Below, in pieces: positions 1-7,300 of a stretch of DNA of 42,528 nt. Made by a program: the position numbers and the translations under genes. Position 1 is the stretch's first letter. The number at the start of each line of letters is the position of its first letter. Source of the DNA: a virus (lineage: Duplodnaviria; Caudoviricetes); the IMG/VR virus record IMGVR_UViG_3300032046_000065, positions 1-42,528 of that record; one strand, 5' to 3'. The notes beneath the pieces were generated by a model. That model made no database searches. It had not been told where the DNA came from and saw nothing but the letters and a program-made list of their open reading frames with translations.

Positions 1-127
1 GGGGTAGGTCTGGAATCGGGGCGCGCCTGGGGCTTTGGGGCGGCAGCACACGCCTCTACTGCCCTCCCCGCCGGCAACCCTAACCCCCCCACCCCAGCCG
101 CCTCTATCAGCATCGCCGCCATCCTAC
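1..127. repeat. Terminal overlap, left copy (matches 42402-42528)
   Basis: 51-98 is nearly identical to 42452-42499. The flanks align without gaps at offset 42401 but with many mismatches toward each contig end. Confidence 0.85.
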
Positions 128-569
128 TCGCCTCAACCGCCAGCCGCTCGTCGTACTCGTGCTTGACCGTAAGATCAACGTGCAGCGAAGTGTCGTAAGC
201 GCCCTTCATCTTGCCGATGCACTCCAAATGCTCCCGCTCATTGGTCCGGTCCCCGGCAATCCGACAACGCGCCATCGCCTCAAGATGCTGGCGCTCTACA
301 AAGGCAACATCAATCACCTTCTCCGAGGTTAATTTATCTGCCATCTCAATCATCTTACTGTCAATCAGGCCCTTGATTCTGGCGCCCTTGAGGAGCCTAG
401 ATGCTTGTGAGGCGGCCTGCTTAGGCTTATATCCTGCTGCAATAGCAGCTTGGGCCGGGCGCAGGTAGGTAGGGCTGGTCGGAGTGATATAAGCCGCTAC
501 AAACGCCTCTTGCCGCAAACGGTCAGCGCGGCGTTTTGGCAGTTTAGGTTCGACGACGGTTTCGGTCAT
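1..569 (-). CDS. terS: Terminase small subunit, N-terminal part (continues across the circular junction into 42080-42478; ~296 aa joined)
   Basis: Not in the ORF track because it has no stop in the window. Manual translation from ATG 569: MTETVVEPKLPKRRADRLRQEAFVAAYITPTSPTYLRPAQAAIAAGYKPKQAASQASRLLKG..., the typical TerS N-terminal HTH pattern. LPAGRAVEA near the left end is in frame with ORF 42080..42478. Confidence 0.85.
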   Translation of the reverse strand, partial: MTETVVEPKLPKRRADRLRQEAFVAAYITPTSPTYLRPAQAAIAAGYKPKQAASQASRLLKGARIKGLIDSKMIEMADKLTSEKVIDVAFVERQHLEAMARCRIAGDRTNEREHLECIGKMKGAYDTSLHVDLTVKHEYDERLAVEASRMAAMLIEAAGVGGLGLPAGRAVEACAAAPKPQARPDSRPT

Positions 570-772
570 GCGAGGGCAAATCCTTGCCAAATCGCCATGC
601 CATCCTCCAGGCGCTGGCCGTAGGCTTTGGGTGGTCCGAGTTTTTCATCAGAAGGATCGTCATCGAGGCGTGCGGTTCTTACGTTGGCGGCGTCGAGGCC
701 CCGGTAGTGTGACTTGGAGCAATGGCCTGCATGCCACTTACCACAGGCTGGGCAACGGTTTTTTCTGGTCAT
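566..772 (-). CDS. Small Cys/His (Zn-finger-like) protein upstream of terS
   Basis: MTRKNRCPACGKWHAGHC; probable ATG 772 just downstream of the leftward promoter; stop overlaps the terS ATG (ATGA). Confidence 0.6.
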   Translation of the reverse strand: MTRKNRCPACGKWHAGHCSKSHYRGLDAANVRTARLDDDPSDEKLGPPKAYGQRLEDGMAIWQGFALA

Positions 773-796
773 GGCGCTTCGCTTCCCGTTTTTGGA

Positions 797-826
797 AGTA
801 TACACAACCGGCAGTGTCCAAGTCAA
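797..826 (-). promoter_or_regulatory. Leftward sigma70-like promoter for the packaging/structural arm
   Basis: Minus strand TTGACT-18 nt-TATACT with a TGn extended -10. Confidence 0.6.
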
Positions 827-1188
827 GAGAAAAATACCGCATAAGGTGGATTTTTTTCAGGCGCAGCCGTAAGCCCTTGTCCTGCAACGGGTTTAGCGTT
901 TGCGAAATGCGGCAGAAAAAGCCGGAAACTGTCAATCCGTGACAGTCTAACACTTCAGGCGTTGTCATACCACCCATAGCGTTTTCGTCATTTTCTCATC
1001 TACCACGGGCTGCGGTACTGCCTATTGTGTCTTTTTCGTCCGTTATGCAATCTATGGTGTTTATGGAGCATTGGCCATACGTTGATTATGCTCGGCGCGG
1101 GCTTTGCGGTCTTATGCTTTTTAGTCGATATAACGTAAGTGTCTTGCTTTGCTAGGCTTGCGCTTCAAAGATTTTCTCAAGATTTCAC

Positions 1189-1217
1189 TGGACTTGTCCG
1201 ATGATATAGGGTATAGT
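1189..1217 (+). promoter_or_regulatory. Rightward sigma70-like early promoter
   Basis: TGGACT-17 nt-TATAGT in an AT-rich intergenic region, followed by a purine-rich SD-like tract and ATG 1242. Confidence 0.65.
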
Positions 1218-1271
1218 AAGAGCAGAAAAGGGGAATCGACGATGACCATCAACACGAACGCCGAACGCGAG

Positions 1272-1334
1272 GCCGTCCAGGGCACACCTGGCTCATCCGA
1301 GCCAAGTCGATTCCCCCGAATCCCCCTGGGCGGC
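1272..1334. ncRNA. Candidate three-way-junction RNA in the early leader
   Basis: GCCGTCCAGGG(1272-82)/CCCTGGGCGGC(1324-34) encloses hairpins TGGCTC/GAGCCA and GATTC/GAATC. Confidence 0.45.
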
Positions 1335-1361
1335 TTTGTCTACGGCGAAAGGAGAAAGGCC

Positions 1362-1574
1362 ATGCTACTGTGCGAAGATTGGACGGCGGACAAGGCACTC
1401 GTGGAGATCTTCACGAGGCGGCGTGTGAGGATGGAAGAACCAGACCCACAGACGATGGACCACGCGCGAGCAGCCTTTCCTCTCCGCTCCCCGACGCCGG
1501 TTGTCGTCCGGTTGACCGGCACGATGTGGGCCTGCCAGTCACGGCGGGGCATAAGCCTTTGGACCACGATGTAG
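1362..1574 (+). CDS. Hypothetical early protein
   Basis: Strong SD GAAAGGAG before ATG 1362; alternative in-frame start at 1242. Confidence 0.55.
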   Translation: MLLCEDWTADKALVEIFTRRRVRMEEPDPQTMDHARAAFPLRSPTPVVVRLTGTMWACQSRRGISLWTTM

Positions 1575-1615
1575 GCGGCGGGCAATGAGGCCCGCCGAAG
1601 AAAAAGGGGCCTGAA

Positions 1616-2290
1616 ATGGCGACCGAAATTAGAAGCGCGGACGTGGTGGCGAACGAGATTAGGTTTGAAAGATGTAGCGGCAAGATGTGCTTGTGCGGCA
1701 ATTCGCATACGGAGGCCGCTTGGAAGGCGTGGTTGGATGCCGTGGACCGCGCCGAAGTCGGGCCTGGCGTTTTTGCGAACGCCAAAATCGGCTGCGGCAA
1801 CAACCCCGGCGAGATGCGGATGTATGTTTTCGAGGAAACGGATGGCGAGGAGCGGACCTGGATCGGGCCGGGCCACGGCCATGCGTTGCCGTACTGCATC
1901 GAGGAAGGTCACTATGATGCCTCGCCTCCCGCCGAAGTCCTCGCGGCGTTTTCGGCACTCGAGGAGGCGGACTCTGCGGGCTGCGATGCGGCAGACGCGG
2001 CGGCGGACGAGGACTGCATGACCACGCCGGAAGAGGTAACGGCCTGGGAAGCCGCGCGAGAGTCAGAGAGGCAGGCTCGCTTGGCCGAGGCCGAAAAGCG
2101 GCGACAGGCCGCCATCGAGGAGGCCACTACCGGCCTCTCGCCCGAACTCACGATGAAGATCGCCACGGCCACGGCGGGGAGATCGCGCAGCACACGCAAG
2201 CGCCTGTGGCGGTCGCTGCGGGCCGAGATCGGCGAGGAGCGGACGGCGGCGATCCAGGCGGCGGCGCCTGGTTTTGCAAAGCGGAACTGA
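1616..2290 (+). CDS. Hypothetical protein (Cys-rich N-terminus, acidic/helical C-terminus)
   Basis: 224-aa ORF directly after a hairpin-SD repeat. Confidence 0.75.
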   Translation: MATEIRSADVVANEIRFERCSGKMCLCGNSHTEAAWKAWLDAVDRAEVGPGVFANAKIGCGNNPGEMRMYVFEETDGEERTWIGPGHGHALPYCIEEGHYDASPPAEVLAAFSALEEADSAGCDAADAAADEDCMTTPEEVTAWEAARESERQARLAEAEKRRQAAIEEATTGLSPELTMKIATATAGRSRSTRKRLWRSLRAEIGEERTAAIQAAAPGFAKRN

Positions 2291-2374
2291 CCCGCGCCCG
2301 ACCCCGCCACGGCGGGGAAGGGCCTGGGCCAACAAGCGGCGGGCAATGAGGCCCGCCGGAAAGGAGAACGGACG

Positions 2375-2773
2375 ATGGGAACGAAACATACGCCGGCTCC
2401 GTGGACGTGGAACAAGTATTTTGGGGGCGAATTGCAAGTCAAGCAGGGGCGGGAGATAGGAATTGAGCCTACTCAATGCCTTACAAATGATGGCGCCACG
2501 GCAGTGATGGCGGGGGACCGTCGCGTTGCGCTCGTGGACTTGCAGGCCAACATAAAAAAACGGTATTGGTCCACCGCTGATGATCCTGAGCGCGACGCCA
2601 ACGCCCGCCTTATCGCCGCCGCGCCGGAACTGGTGGAGGCGCATCAATCCGCAATCGAGAATATCACGCGCGCCTTGGAACTAGGCGACAGGGGAGACTG
2701 GCGGAACGCTGAAATCTTTCTCAATAACCAGCGCGGCATTTCGGAAGCCGCGCTCGAGAAGGCGGGGGCATAG
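2375..2773 (+). CDS. Conserved phage early protein (KHTPxPW...ANARLIAAAP family)
   Basis: KHTPAPW at the N-terminus and ANARLIAAAPEL, a motif pair common in phage early regions. Confidence 0.8.
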   Translation: MGTKHTPAPWTWNKYFGGELQVKQGREIGIEPTQCLTNDGATAVMAGDRRVALVDLQANIKKRYWSTADDPERDANARLIAAAPELVEAHQSAIENITRALELGDRGDWRNAEIFLNNQRGISEAALEKAGA

Positions 2774-2812
2774 ACGGCGCGGCAATGAGGCTCGCTGAAC
2801 AGGAGATGGAAA

Positions 2813-3061
2813 ATGAAAACCTACACGAAGTCTGGGCGGTATGAAGTGAGTGAAGATGCAGAAGCGGTCGCTGCAGGCGTGGTCATAGTTGCGATGGCAC
2901 CGGTGCTGGCCGTGGCGTGGGTCGCTGGCGCGCGGGCCGAGGCGTGGGTCGCTGGCGCGCGGGCCGTGGCGTGGGTCGATGGCGCGGTGGCCGAGGCGCG
3001 GGCCGATGGCGCGGTGGCCGTGGCGTGGGTCGATGGCGCGCGGGCCGAGCAAGCGACCTGA
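2813..3061 (+). CDS. Small 9-aa-repeat protein
   Basis: Five 27-bp units (2909-3043) encoding A(V/E)AWV(A/D)GA(R/V)-like repeats; SD AGGAG. Confidence 0.65.
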   Translation: MKTYTKSGRYEVSEDAEAVAAGVVIVAMAPVLAVAWVAGARAEAWVAGARAVAWVDGAVAEARADGAVAVAWVDGARAEQAT

Positions 3062-3094
3062 CGGCGGGCGGGCTGCCCGCGAAAGGAGCGAACG

Positions 3095-3355
3095 ATGAAG
3101 GACGCGACCAACTCGCCATTGCGGGCAATCCGGCTTAAGTGCCTGGACTGCGCGACGACGGCAAAGGGCGTAAGGTTCTGCCCGTGCGACGGGCTAAACT
3201 CGACGGCCTGCGATCTGTGGCCGTTCCGGTTTGGAAAACGCCCTAAAACAGCACGCAAAGGCCCGTTAGTGGCATTTTTGGACCCAAAACGGATGCCGGA
3301 TGCGGCTAAGACCCTTGAGGATTGCCAGGACGGAGGGGTGCTAGGAGCCGAATAA
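3095..3355 (+). CDS. Small Zn-binding phage protein
   Basis: SPLRAIRLKCLDC...FCPC...CDLWPFRFGK, a recurrent phage Cys motif; SD supplied by the repeat. Confidence 0.75.
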   Translation: MKDATNSPLRAIRLKCLDCATTAKGVRFCPCDGLNSTACDLWPFRFGKRPKTARKGPLVAFLDPKRMPDAAKTLEDCQDGGVLGAE

Positions 3356-3423
3356 GAGGGTCCGCGCGCCAAAACATGCAGAGAGCGTGCGGTTTTTGGT
3401 GGCGTGTGAGATTCTGGCACGAC

Positions 3424-3519
3424 ATGAGCGCGGACGAAGCGGCAAAGTTACACTCGACGGCGCGGCGGGTCCTCGAATACGCGGCCCGCGCGGCGGTCAA
3501 CTGTCTGAAAAGGGCATAG
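3424..3519 (+). pseudogene. Truncated duplicate of the 4001-4195 gene
   Basis: 3424-3492 matches 4019-4087 at 67/69 nt, then diverges and stops. Confidence 0.6.
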
Positions 3520-3554
3520 ACGGCGGGCGGGCTGCCCGCGAAAGGAGCAAGGCC

Positions 3555-3761
3555 ATGCAAGGAACGCAGATAGAAATCACCGTTCGAGGTACACAGGTTC
3601 CTGGTGGGGACCCGTTCTACGAGATACTCCTAACCCAGGACGACCACACCCCTATCGTCGTGCCCGTGGCTGGAGACAGCAATGCTGCGTGGCGAGTTGC
3701 AGAGGCGTTGTTCCACTTTCTGGGAGCCAACACCCTCTTAATTATTCGTGTTCAATGCTAA
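3555..3761 (+). CDS. Hypothetical protein
   Basis: MQGTQIEITV... starts after the SD of repeat 3520-3548 and ends at the next repeat. Confidence 0.7.
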   Translation: MQGTQIEITVRGTQVPGGDPFYEILLTQDDHTPIVVPVAGDSNAAWRVAEALFHFLGANTLLIIRVQC

Positions 3762-3795
3762 ACGGCGGGCGGGCTGCCCGCGAAAGGAGCAAGCC

Positions 3796-3999
3796 ATGAA
3801 ATTTCTCGTGTTTGTCAGCAAGAGCGGTCGTGAAATAACCTATCTAGTGAACGCCGATGTGCAAAAAGACGCCGAGGAGGCAGGCATGAGTGTCGGCGAA
3901 TTTATCGCTGAACATAACGACAAACTTATTTTGAAAGGAAAAGTCGAAATCGTCGGCGAAGCGGCCGGTTTTTTGCCTGATGTCTTGGTGGACCAATAA
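3796..3999 (+). CDS. Hypothetical protein
   Basis: MKFLVFVSKSG... after the SD of repeat 3762-3790. Confidence 0.7.
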   Translation: MKFLVFVSKSGREITYLVNADVQKDAEEAGMSVGEFIAEHNDKLILKGKVEIVGEAAGFLPDVLVDQ

Positions 4000-4000
4000 C

Positions 4001-4195
4001 ATGGGTAGCATCGCGGCCATGAGCGCGGACGAGGCGGCAAAGTTACACTCGACGGCGCGGCGGGTGCTCGAATACGCGGCCCGCGCGAAGCATCCTGCCG
4101 TCAGAGGCGCGTACAGAAGCGCGGCGACCGTGCTCTTGAACGCGGCGGAGTTGGTGGAAAAGGAACTGGCGGCTGAGGAGGAGGGCAGACCATGA
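4001..4195 (+). CDS. Hypothetical helical protein
   Basis: ATG 1 nt after the previous stop; ends EEEGRP* overlapping the next ATG. Confidence 0.65.
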   Translation: MGSIAAMSADEAAKLHSTARRVLEYAARAKHPAVRGAYRSAATVLLNAAELVEKELAAEEEGRP

Positions 4196-4365
4196 AATCA
4201 GTGGCACAGTTGCGAAAAGAGTTTGTCGAGGCCGACGACAAGTGGCGGAGGGCAAAGGAGGACGTGGACAAGGCCGACGACAAGAGACGCAAGGCCGCTT
4301 CCGCGTTTGTCAATGCCGTGATGGACGAGGCCAACCGGAAGGCAGAGGAGGAGGGCAGGCAATGA
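4192..4365 (+). CDS. Small coiled-coil protein (57 aa, not in the ORF track)
   Basis: MKSVAQLRKEFVEADDKWRRAKEDVDKADDKRRK...EEEGRQ*; SD GAGGAG; ATGA coupling at both ends. Confidence 0.7.
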   Translation: MKSVAQLRKEFVEADDKWRRAKEDVDKADDKRRKAASAFVNAVMDEANRKAEEEGRQ

Positions 4366-4620
4366 AATCACTGGCACAGTTACAGACGGAGCGAGACGAG
4401 GCCAGGCTCGCTTGGGTGAAAATTGACGTTGCGCTGCGCAAGATGGATGACACGAGGGATAAAATCGTGGCCGAGCGGAAACGGGCCGAGGCCGAGTGGA
4501 AACAGGCCGAGGTCGAGTGGATAAGGGCCGCCGCGGCGGAAGGCCGACGACGCGCTGGACAAGGCCGAGGCAGCGCTAGACAAGGCCCAGCGGAAGGCGG
4601 AGGAGGAGGGCAGGCCATGA
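4362..4620 (+). pseudogene. Coiled-coil paralog of 4192-4365 with an apparent frameshift at ~4530-4540
   Basis: Starts MKSLAQLQ; the paralogous tail KADDALDKAEAALDKAQRKAEEEGRP* is in another frame. Confidence 0.55.
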
Positions 4621-4913
4621 CGCGCGAGATTCGTCGGCGAGCGGGCAAAATGGTGATAGGCTGGCTGTGTGTGGACGAGAAAAGATACGCCGGGAATGAA
4701 CCGATAGCGTTCTTTTCAGGGCCAGCCCGGCCCTTCCTTGAACAAGGCGACGAGAGCGGTGTCGCCTTCGTTGAGATTGGCCAGTGGCGATTGGGCGGTG
4801 ACTGTTGGCAATGCACGCTGTGGTCATATCGAAAGTGGCGTCGGGAATACGGCGACGCGCCGCTGCCGAAGCGAGGAACGTGCGAACGGGTCCATTTGGA
4901 GGTAGAGATATGA
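4617..4913 (+). CDS. Hypothetical protein
   Basis: MTREIRRRAG... after an SD-containing junction repeat. Confidence 0.65.
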   Translation: MTREIRRRAGKMVIGWLCVDEKRYAGNEPIAFFSGPARPFLEQGDESGVAFVEIGQWRLGGDCWQCTLWSYRKWRREYGDAPLPKRGTCERVHLEVEI

Positions 4914-5056
4914 CGCGAGCGTGTCCCGACCCCGATGTATCTGACCAAGAATGGGAGGACTTCAAGGACGACCATCGCCTTGACATCGACCGCCAAGAGG
5001 ACGAGTTGGAGGACGATGAGGAGGAGGATGAGGAGGAAGGGGAAGGCGATCTATGA
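4910..5056 (+). CDS. Very acidic 48-aa protein
   Basis: SD GGAGG and ATGA coupling; 25 of 48 residues are D/E. Confidence 0.6.
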   Translation: MTRACPDPDVSDQEWEDFKDDHRLDIDRQEDELEDDEEEDEEEGEGDL

Positions 5057-5084
5057 GACAATCTCGTTCGAGGAGGAGCAAACG

Positions 5085-5171
5085 ATGGCACTCATAGGGG
5101 TGGAGATAACTTTGTCGCAAGCAGAGGAAGTGATTCGGGAAGCCGTCGAGCGGATGGGGCATATTTTGTAG
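5085..5171 (+). CDS. 28-aa ORF, possibly truncated by the HNH insertion
   Basis: Strong SD GAGGAGGAG; ends where the HNH promoter begins. Confidence 0.4.
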   Translation: MALIGVEITLSQAEEVIREAVERMGHIL

Positions 5172-5181
5172 AAGATTTTGC

Positions 5182-5340
5182 TTGCAATAGGCGCAGCCCG
5201 TGGTAGTTTGGCATGGTGTAAGGGAAGGATGCTCCATGAAGCATCGAAAGAGGTCTGTTGCAGGCGGCGCGAAGAACCTACCACGGTCCTTCCCTTACAC
5301 CCGCCGAGCCGCAGACCTCTTTTCGTGCTTCGGGAGAGAG
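5182..5340 (+). promoter_or_regulatory. Promoter and structured leader of the HNH gene
   Basis: TTGCAA-16 nt-TAGTTT with TGn; three interleaved inverted repeats lie before the SD. Confidence 0.6.
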
Positions 5341-5342
5341 CC

Positions 5343-6134
5343 ATGAGAGCAGGTAGCCACTATTCCGCAGAGGCGATAGCGAAGATGCGCGCGGCGCTAA
5401 CTGGCGACAAAAATTGGATGTACGGGAGAACAGGCGACAAGCATCCGATGTGGGGGAAACACCATACACCGGAGACGCGGGCAAAACTGTCCGTTGCCAA
5501 TAAAGGCAAGGAAAGGCCAATGTGGGTGCGGGTGAAAATAAGCGCGGGCATGATGGGCAAGAAAAACTGTCTTGGGCATAAGCCCTCAGCGGAGACAATA
5601 GCAAAAAGGTCTGCCGCGCTTAAGGGTAGAAAGGTGTCGTCGGAAACGCGGACCAAAATATCCGTTGCCCTAAAGGGTAACAAGAACTGCTTGGGGCATA
5701 AACCCTTAGCGGAGACACGAGCCAAAATATCCGCTATATTAAAAGGACACGTAGTTTCACCAGAAACACGGGCCAAGATAGGTGCCGCAAGCAAGGGCAA
5801 GATTCCTTCACTAGAGACACGGGCAAAAATGTCTGCCGCGCGGAAAGGTTTCCGACATCCGGCCTGGCTCGGAGGCATTTCACGCGAACCTTACGGATGG
5901 GAATGGAACGCAGAACTCCGCGAGGAAGTGCGGCGGCGCGACGGCTACAAGTGCATGTTATGTGGTGTGCCACAGGCCGAATGCGAGAAGGCCCTCGATG
6001 TGCATCACGGCAACTACGACAAAAAAGACAGCGACCCCGTGAACCTAGTTTCACTATGCCAGTCGTGCCACGCGCGCACCAATGTGCGGCGCGAATACTG
6101 GACGGCGTTTTTCAAGAAAGGGGCGGGCGAATGA
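5343..6134 (+). CDS. NUMOD3-repeat HNH homing endonuclease
   Basis: About 7 repeats of the H(T/S)xETRAK(I/L/M)S type; C-terminal RDGYKCMLCG...VHH...NLVSLCQSCH; start moved to ATG 5343 after SD GGGAG. Confidence 0.9.
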   Translation: MRAGSHYSAEAIAKMRAALTGDKNWMYGRTGDKHPMWGKHHTPETRAKLSVANKGKERPMWVRVKISAGMMGKKNCLGHKPSAETIAKRSAALKGRKVSSETRTKISVALKGNKNCLGHKPLAETRAKISAILKGHVVSPETRAKIGAASKGKIPSLETRAKMSAARKGFRHPAWLGGISREPYGWEWNAELREEVRRRDGYKCMLCGVPQAECEKALDVHHGNYDKKDSDPVNLVSLCQSCHARTNVRREYWTAFFKKGAGE

Positions 6135-6340
6135 ATATCGAACAGATGTTGACGAGAATTGAAGAGAAGGGCTGGCGGGTTACGCTGATGGGGAAATTCT
6201 CTGACGGCTACACGGCCAAGATTTCCACGCCCGGAAGCGAGTTGAGCGTTTCGACGGACGAGTCCGCAGAGGCCGCCCTCGACGACGCGCTCTTTCTGGC
6301 CGAGCGGCAGGCGGCGCGGCAGAAAGGGGCGGGCGAATGA
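6131..6340 (+). CDS. Hypothetical protein
   Basis: MNIEQML...; ATGA-coupled at both ends; bracketed by a 20-bp direct repeat. Confidence 0.7.
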   Translation: MNIEQMLTRIEEKGWRVTLMGKFSDGYTAKISTPGSELSVSTDESAEAALDDALFLAERQAARQKGAGE

Positions 6341-7290
6341 GCGAAGGCGACCCCCAAGTGGGGCTTTTCTCGAACGTCCCATACGCTGAATACGACGTCT
6401 GGCCTGGGCTATCGCGTGGCAGGCTGTGGACGCTGTACGCCAGCACTCCGCGCCAGTTTCAATGGGAGCAGGACCATCCCGAAGAAACGACGACGGAGGC
6501 GATGGAAGATGGCCAAGCGATTCACGCCGCGCTTCTCGAACCGGAGCGATTCGCGGAAACTTACGCTACGGGCGGCCCCATCAATCTTAGGACGTGCGAA
6601 CCGTTCGGGCGAAACACGAAAGCCTATCGTGAATGGGAAGCCGAACAGGGCAAACCGTGCCTGTCCAGAGCGACCTATGATATTTGCAAAGGCATTTGCG
6701 AGGCCGTTCATGCCCATCCGTTTCTCGGCCCGCTGCTCAAGACGATGGAACCCGAAGTCAGTCTCCAGTGGGTTCATGCCGAAAGCGGGTTGCTTCTCAA
6801 GGCCCGCCTCGACGCCGTGAACGTAAAGGGCGGGATCATCCTTGACCTCAAATCCACACAGAGCGCGGCGGCTCATCGGTTCGGCGCGGACGCCTATCGC
6901 AACGGCTATCTTTTTCAGGGTGGCATCTACTCCGATGGATTCCAAGCGGCGGCCAAACGTGAGTTTAGGAAATACATCCTCGCGGCGGTCGAGAAGGCCC
7001 CGCCCTACGACATTCAGTGTTTCGAGTTGACGCCGGAACAGTTGGAACTCGGCCGCGCTCAGGCCACAGACGCATTGCGGCAATACGTTCTGTGCCAGCG
7101 ATTCAACGACTGGCCTGGATACCCAGAGGAACTCCAAGAACTTATCCTGCCCTCGTGGGCGGGCCAGGAGTGGACTCCTTACGCAGACGGCCTCGAAACC
7201 ATACTCAAAGACCGCGCCACCATCGCGGGGAGAGAAGTGCCTCCTGAACCGAAAGACGACGACGACCTGGACAATGTGATTGCCCTGTAG
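6337..7290 (+). CDS. recE: RecE/exonuclease VIII-like PD-(D/E)XK exonuclease (DUF3799 type)
   Basis: G..IHAALLEP, KARLD, DLKST, YLFQ..Y, AVEK.PPY, WPGY motifs; adjacent to recT. Confidence 0.9.
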   Translation: MSEGDPQVGLFSNVPYAEYDVWPGLSRGRLWTLYASTPRQFQWEQDHPEETTTEAMEDGQAIHAALLEPERFAETYATGGPINLRTCEPFGRNTKAYREWEAEQGKPCLSRATYDICKGICEAVHAHPFLGPLLKTMEPEVSLQWVHAESGLLLKARLDAVNVKGGIILDLKSTQSAAAHRFGADAYRNGYLFQGGIYSDGFQAAAKREFRKYILAAVEKAPPYDIQCFELTPEQLELGRAQATDALRQYVLCQRFNDWPGYPEELQELILPSWAGQEWTPYADGLETILKDRATIAGREVPPEPKDDDDLDNVIAL

Positions 7291-7300
7291 GAGATGAACA

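Larger units (their letters stand above)
1575..3790 (+). repeat. Six intergenic stop-hairpin-SD repeats
   Basis: GCGGCGGGCAATGAGGCCCGCCG identical at 1575-1597 and 2336-2358, with a variant at 2774-2805. ACGGCGGGCGGGCTGCCCGCGAAAGGAGC identical at 3061-3089, 3520-3548 and 3762-3790. Confidence 0.92.

Noticed and set aside
3061-3790. 29-bp exact repeats as a CRISPR array or integron attC sites
   Set aside because: The intervals are 430 and 213 bp of coding sequence, the repeats contain the SD, there are no GTTRRRY cores, and no cas or intI gene is present.
4242-4913. Single 223-aa gene from the ORF track
   Set aside because: SD and ATGA junctions at 4192, 4362 and 4617 indicate separate genes joined by a frameshift.
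5178-5342. N-terminal extension of the HNH protein
   Set aside because: The region holds a promoter and inverted repeats; the SD-supported start is 5343.
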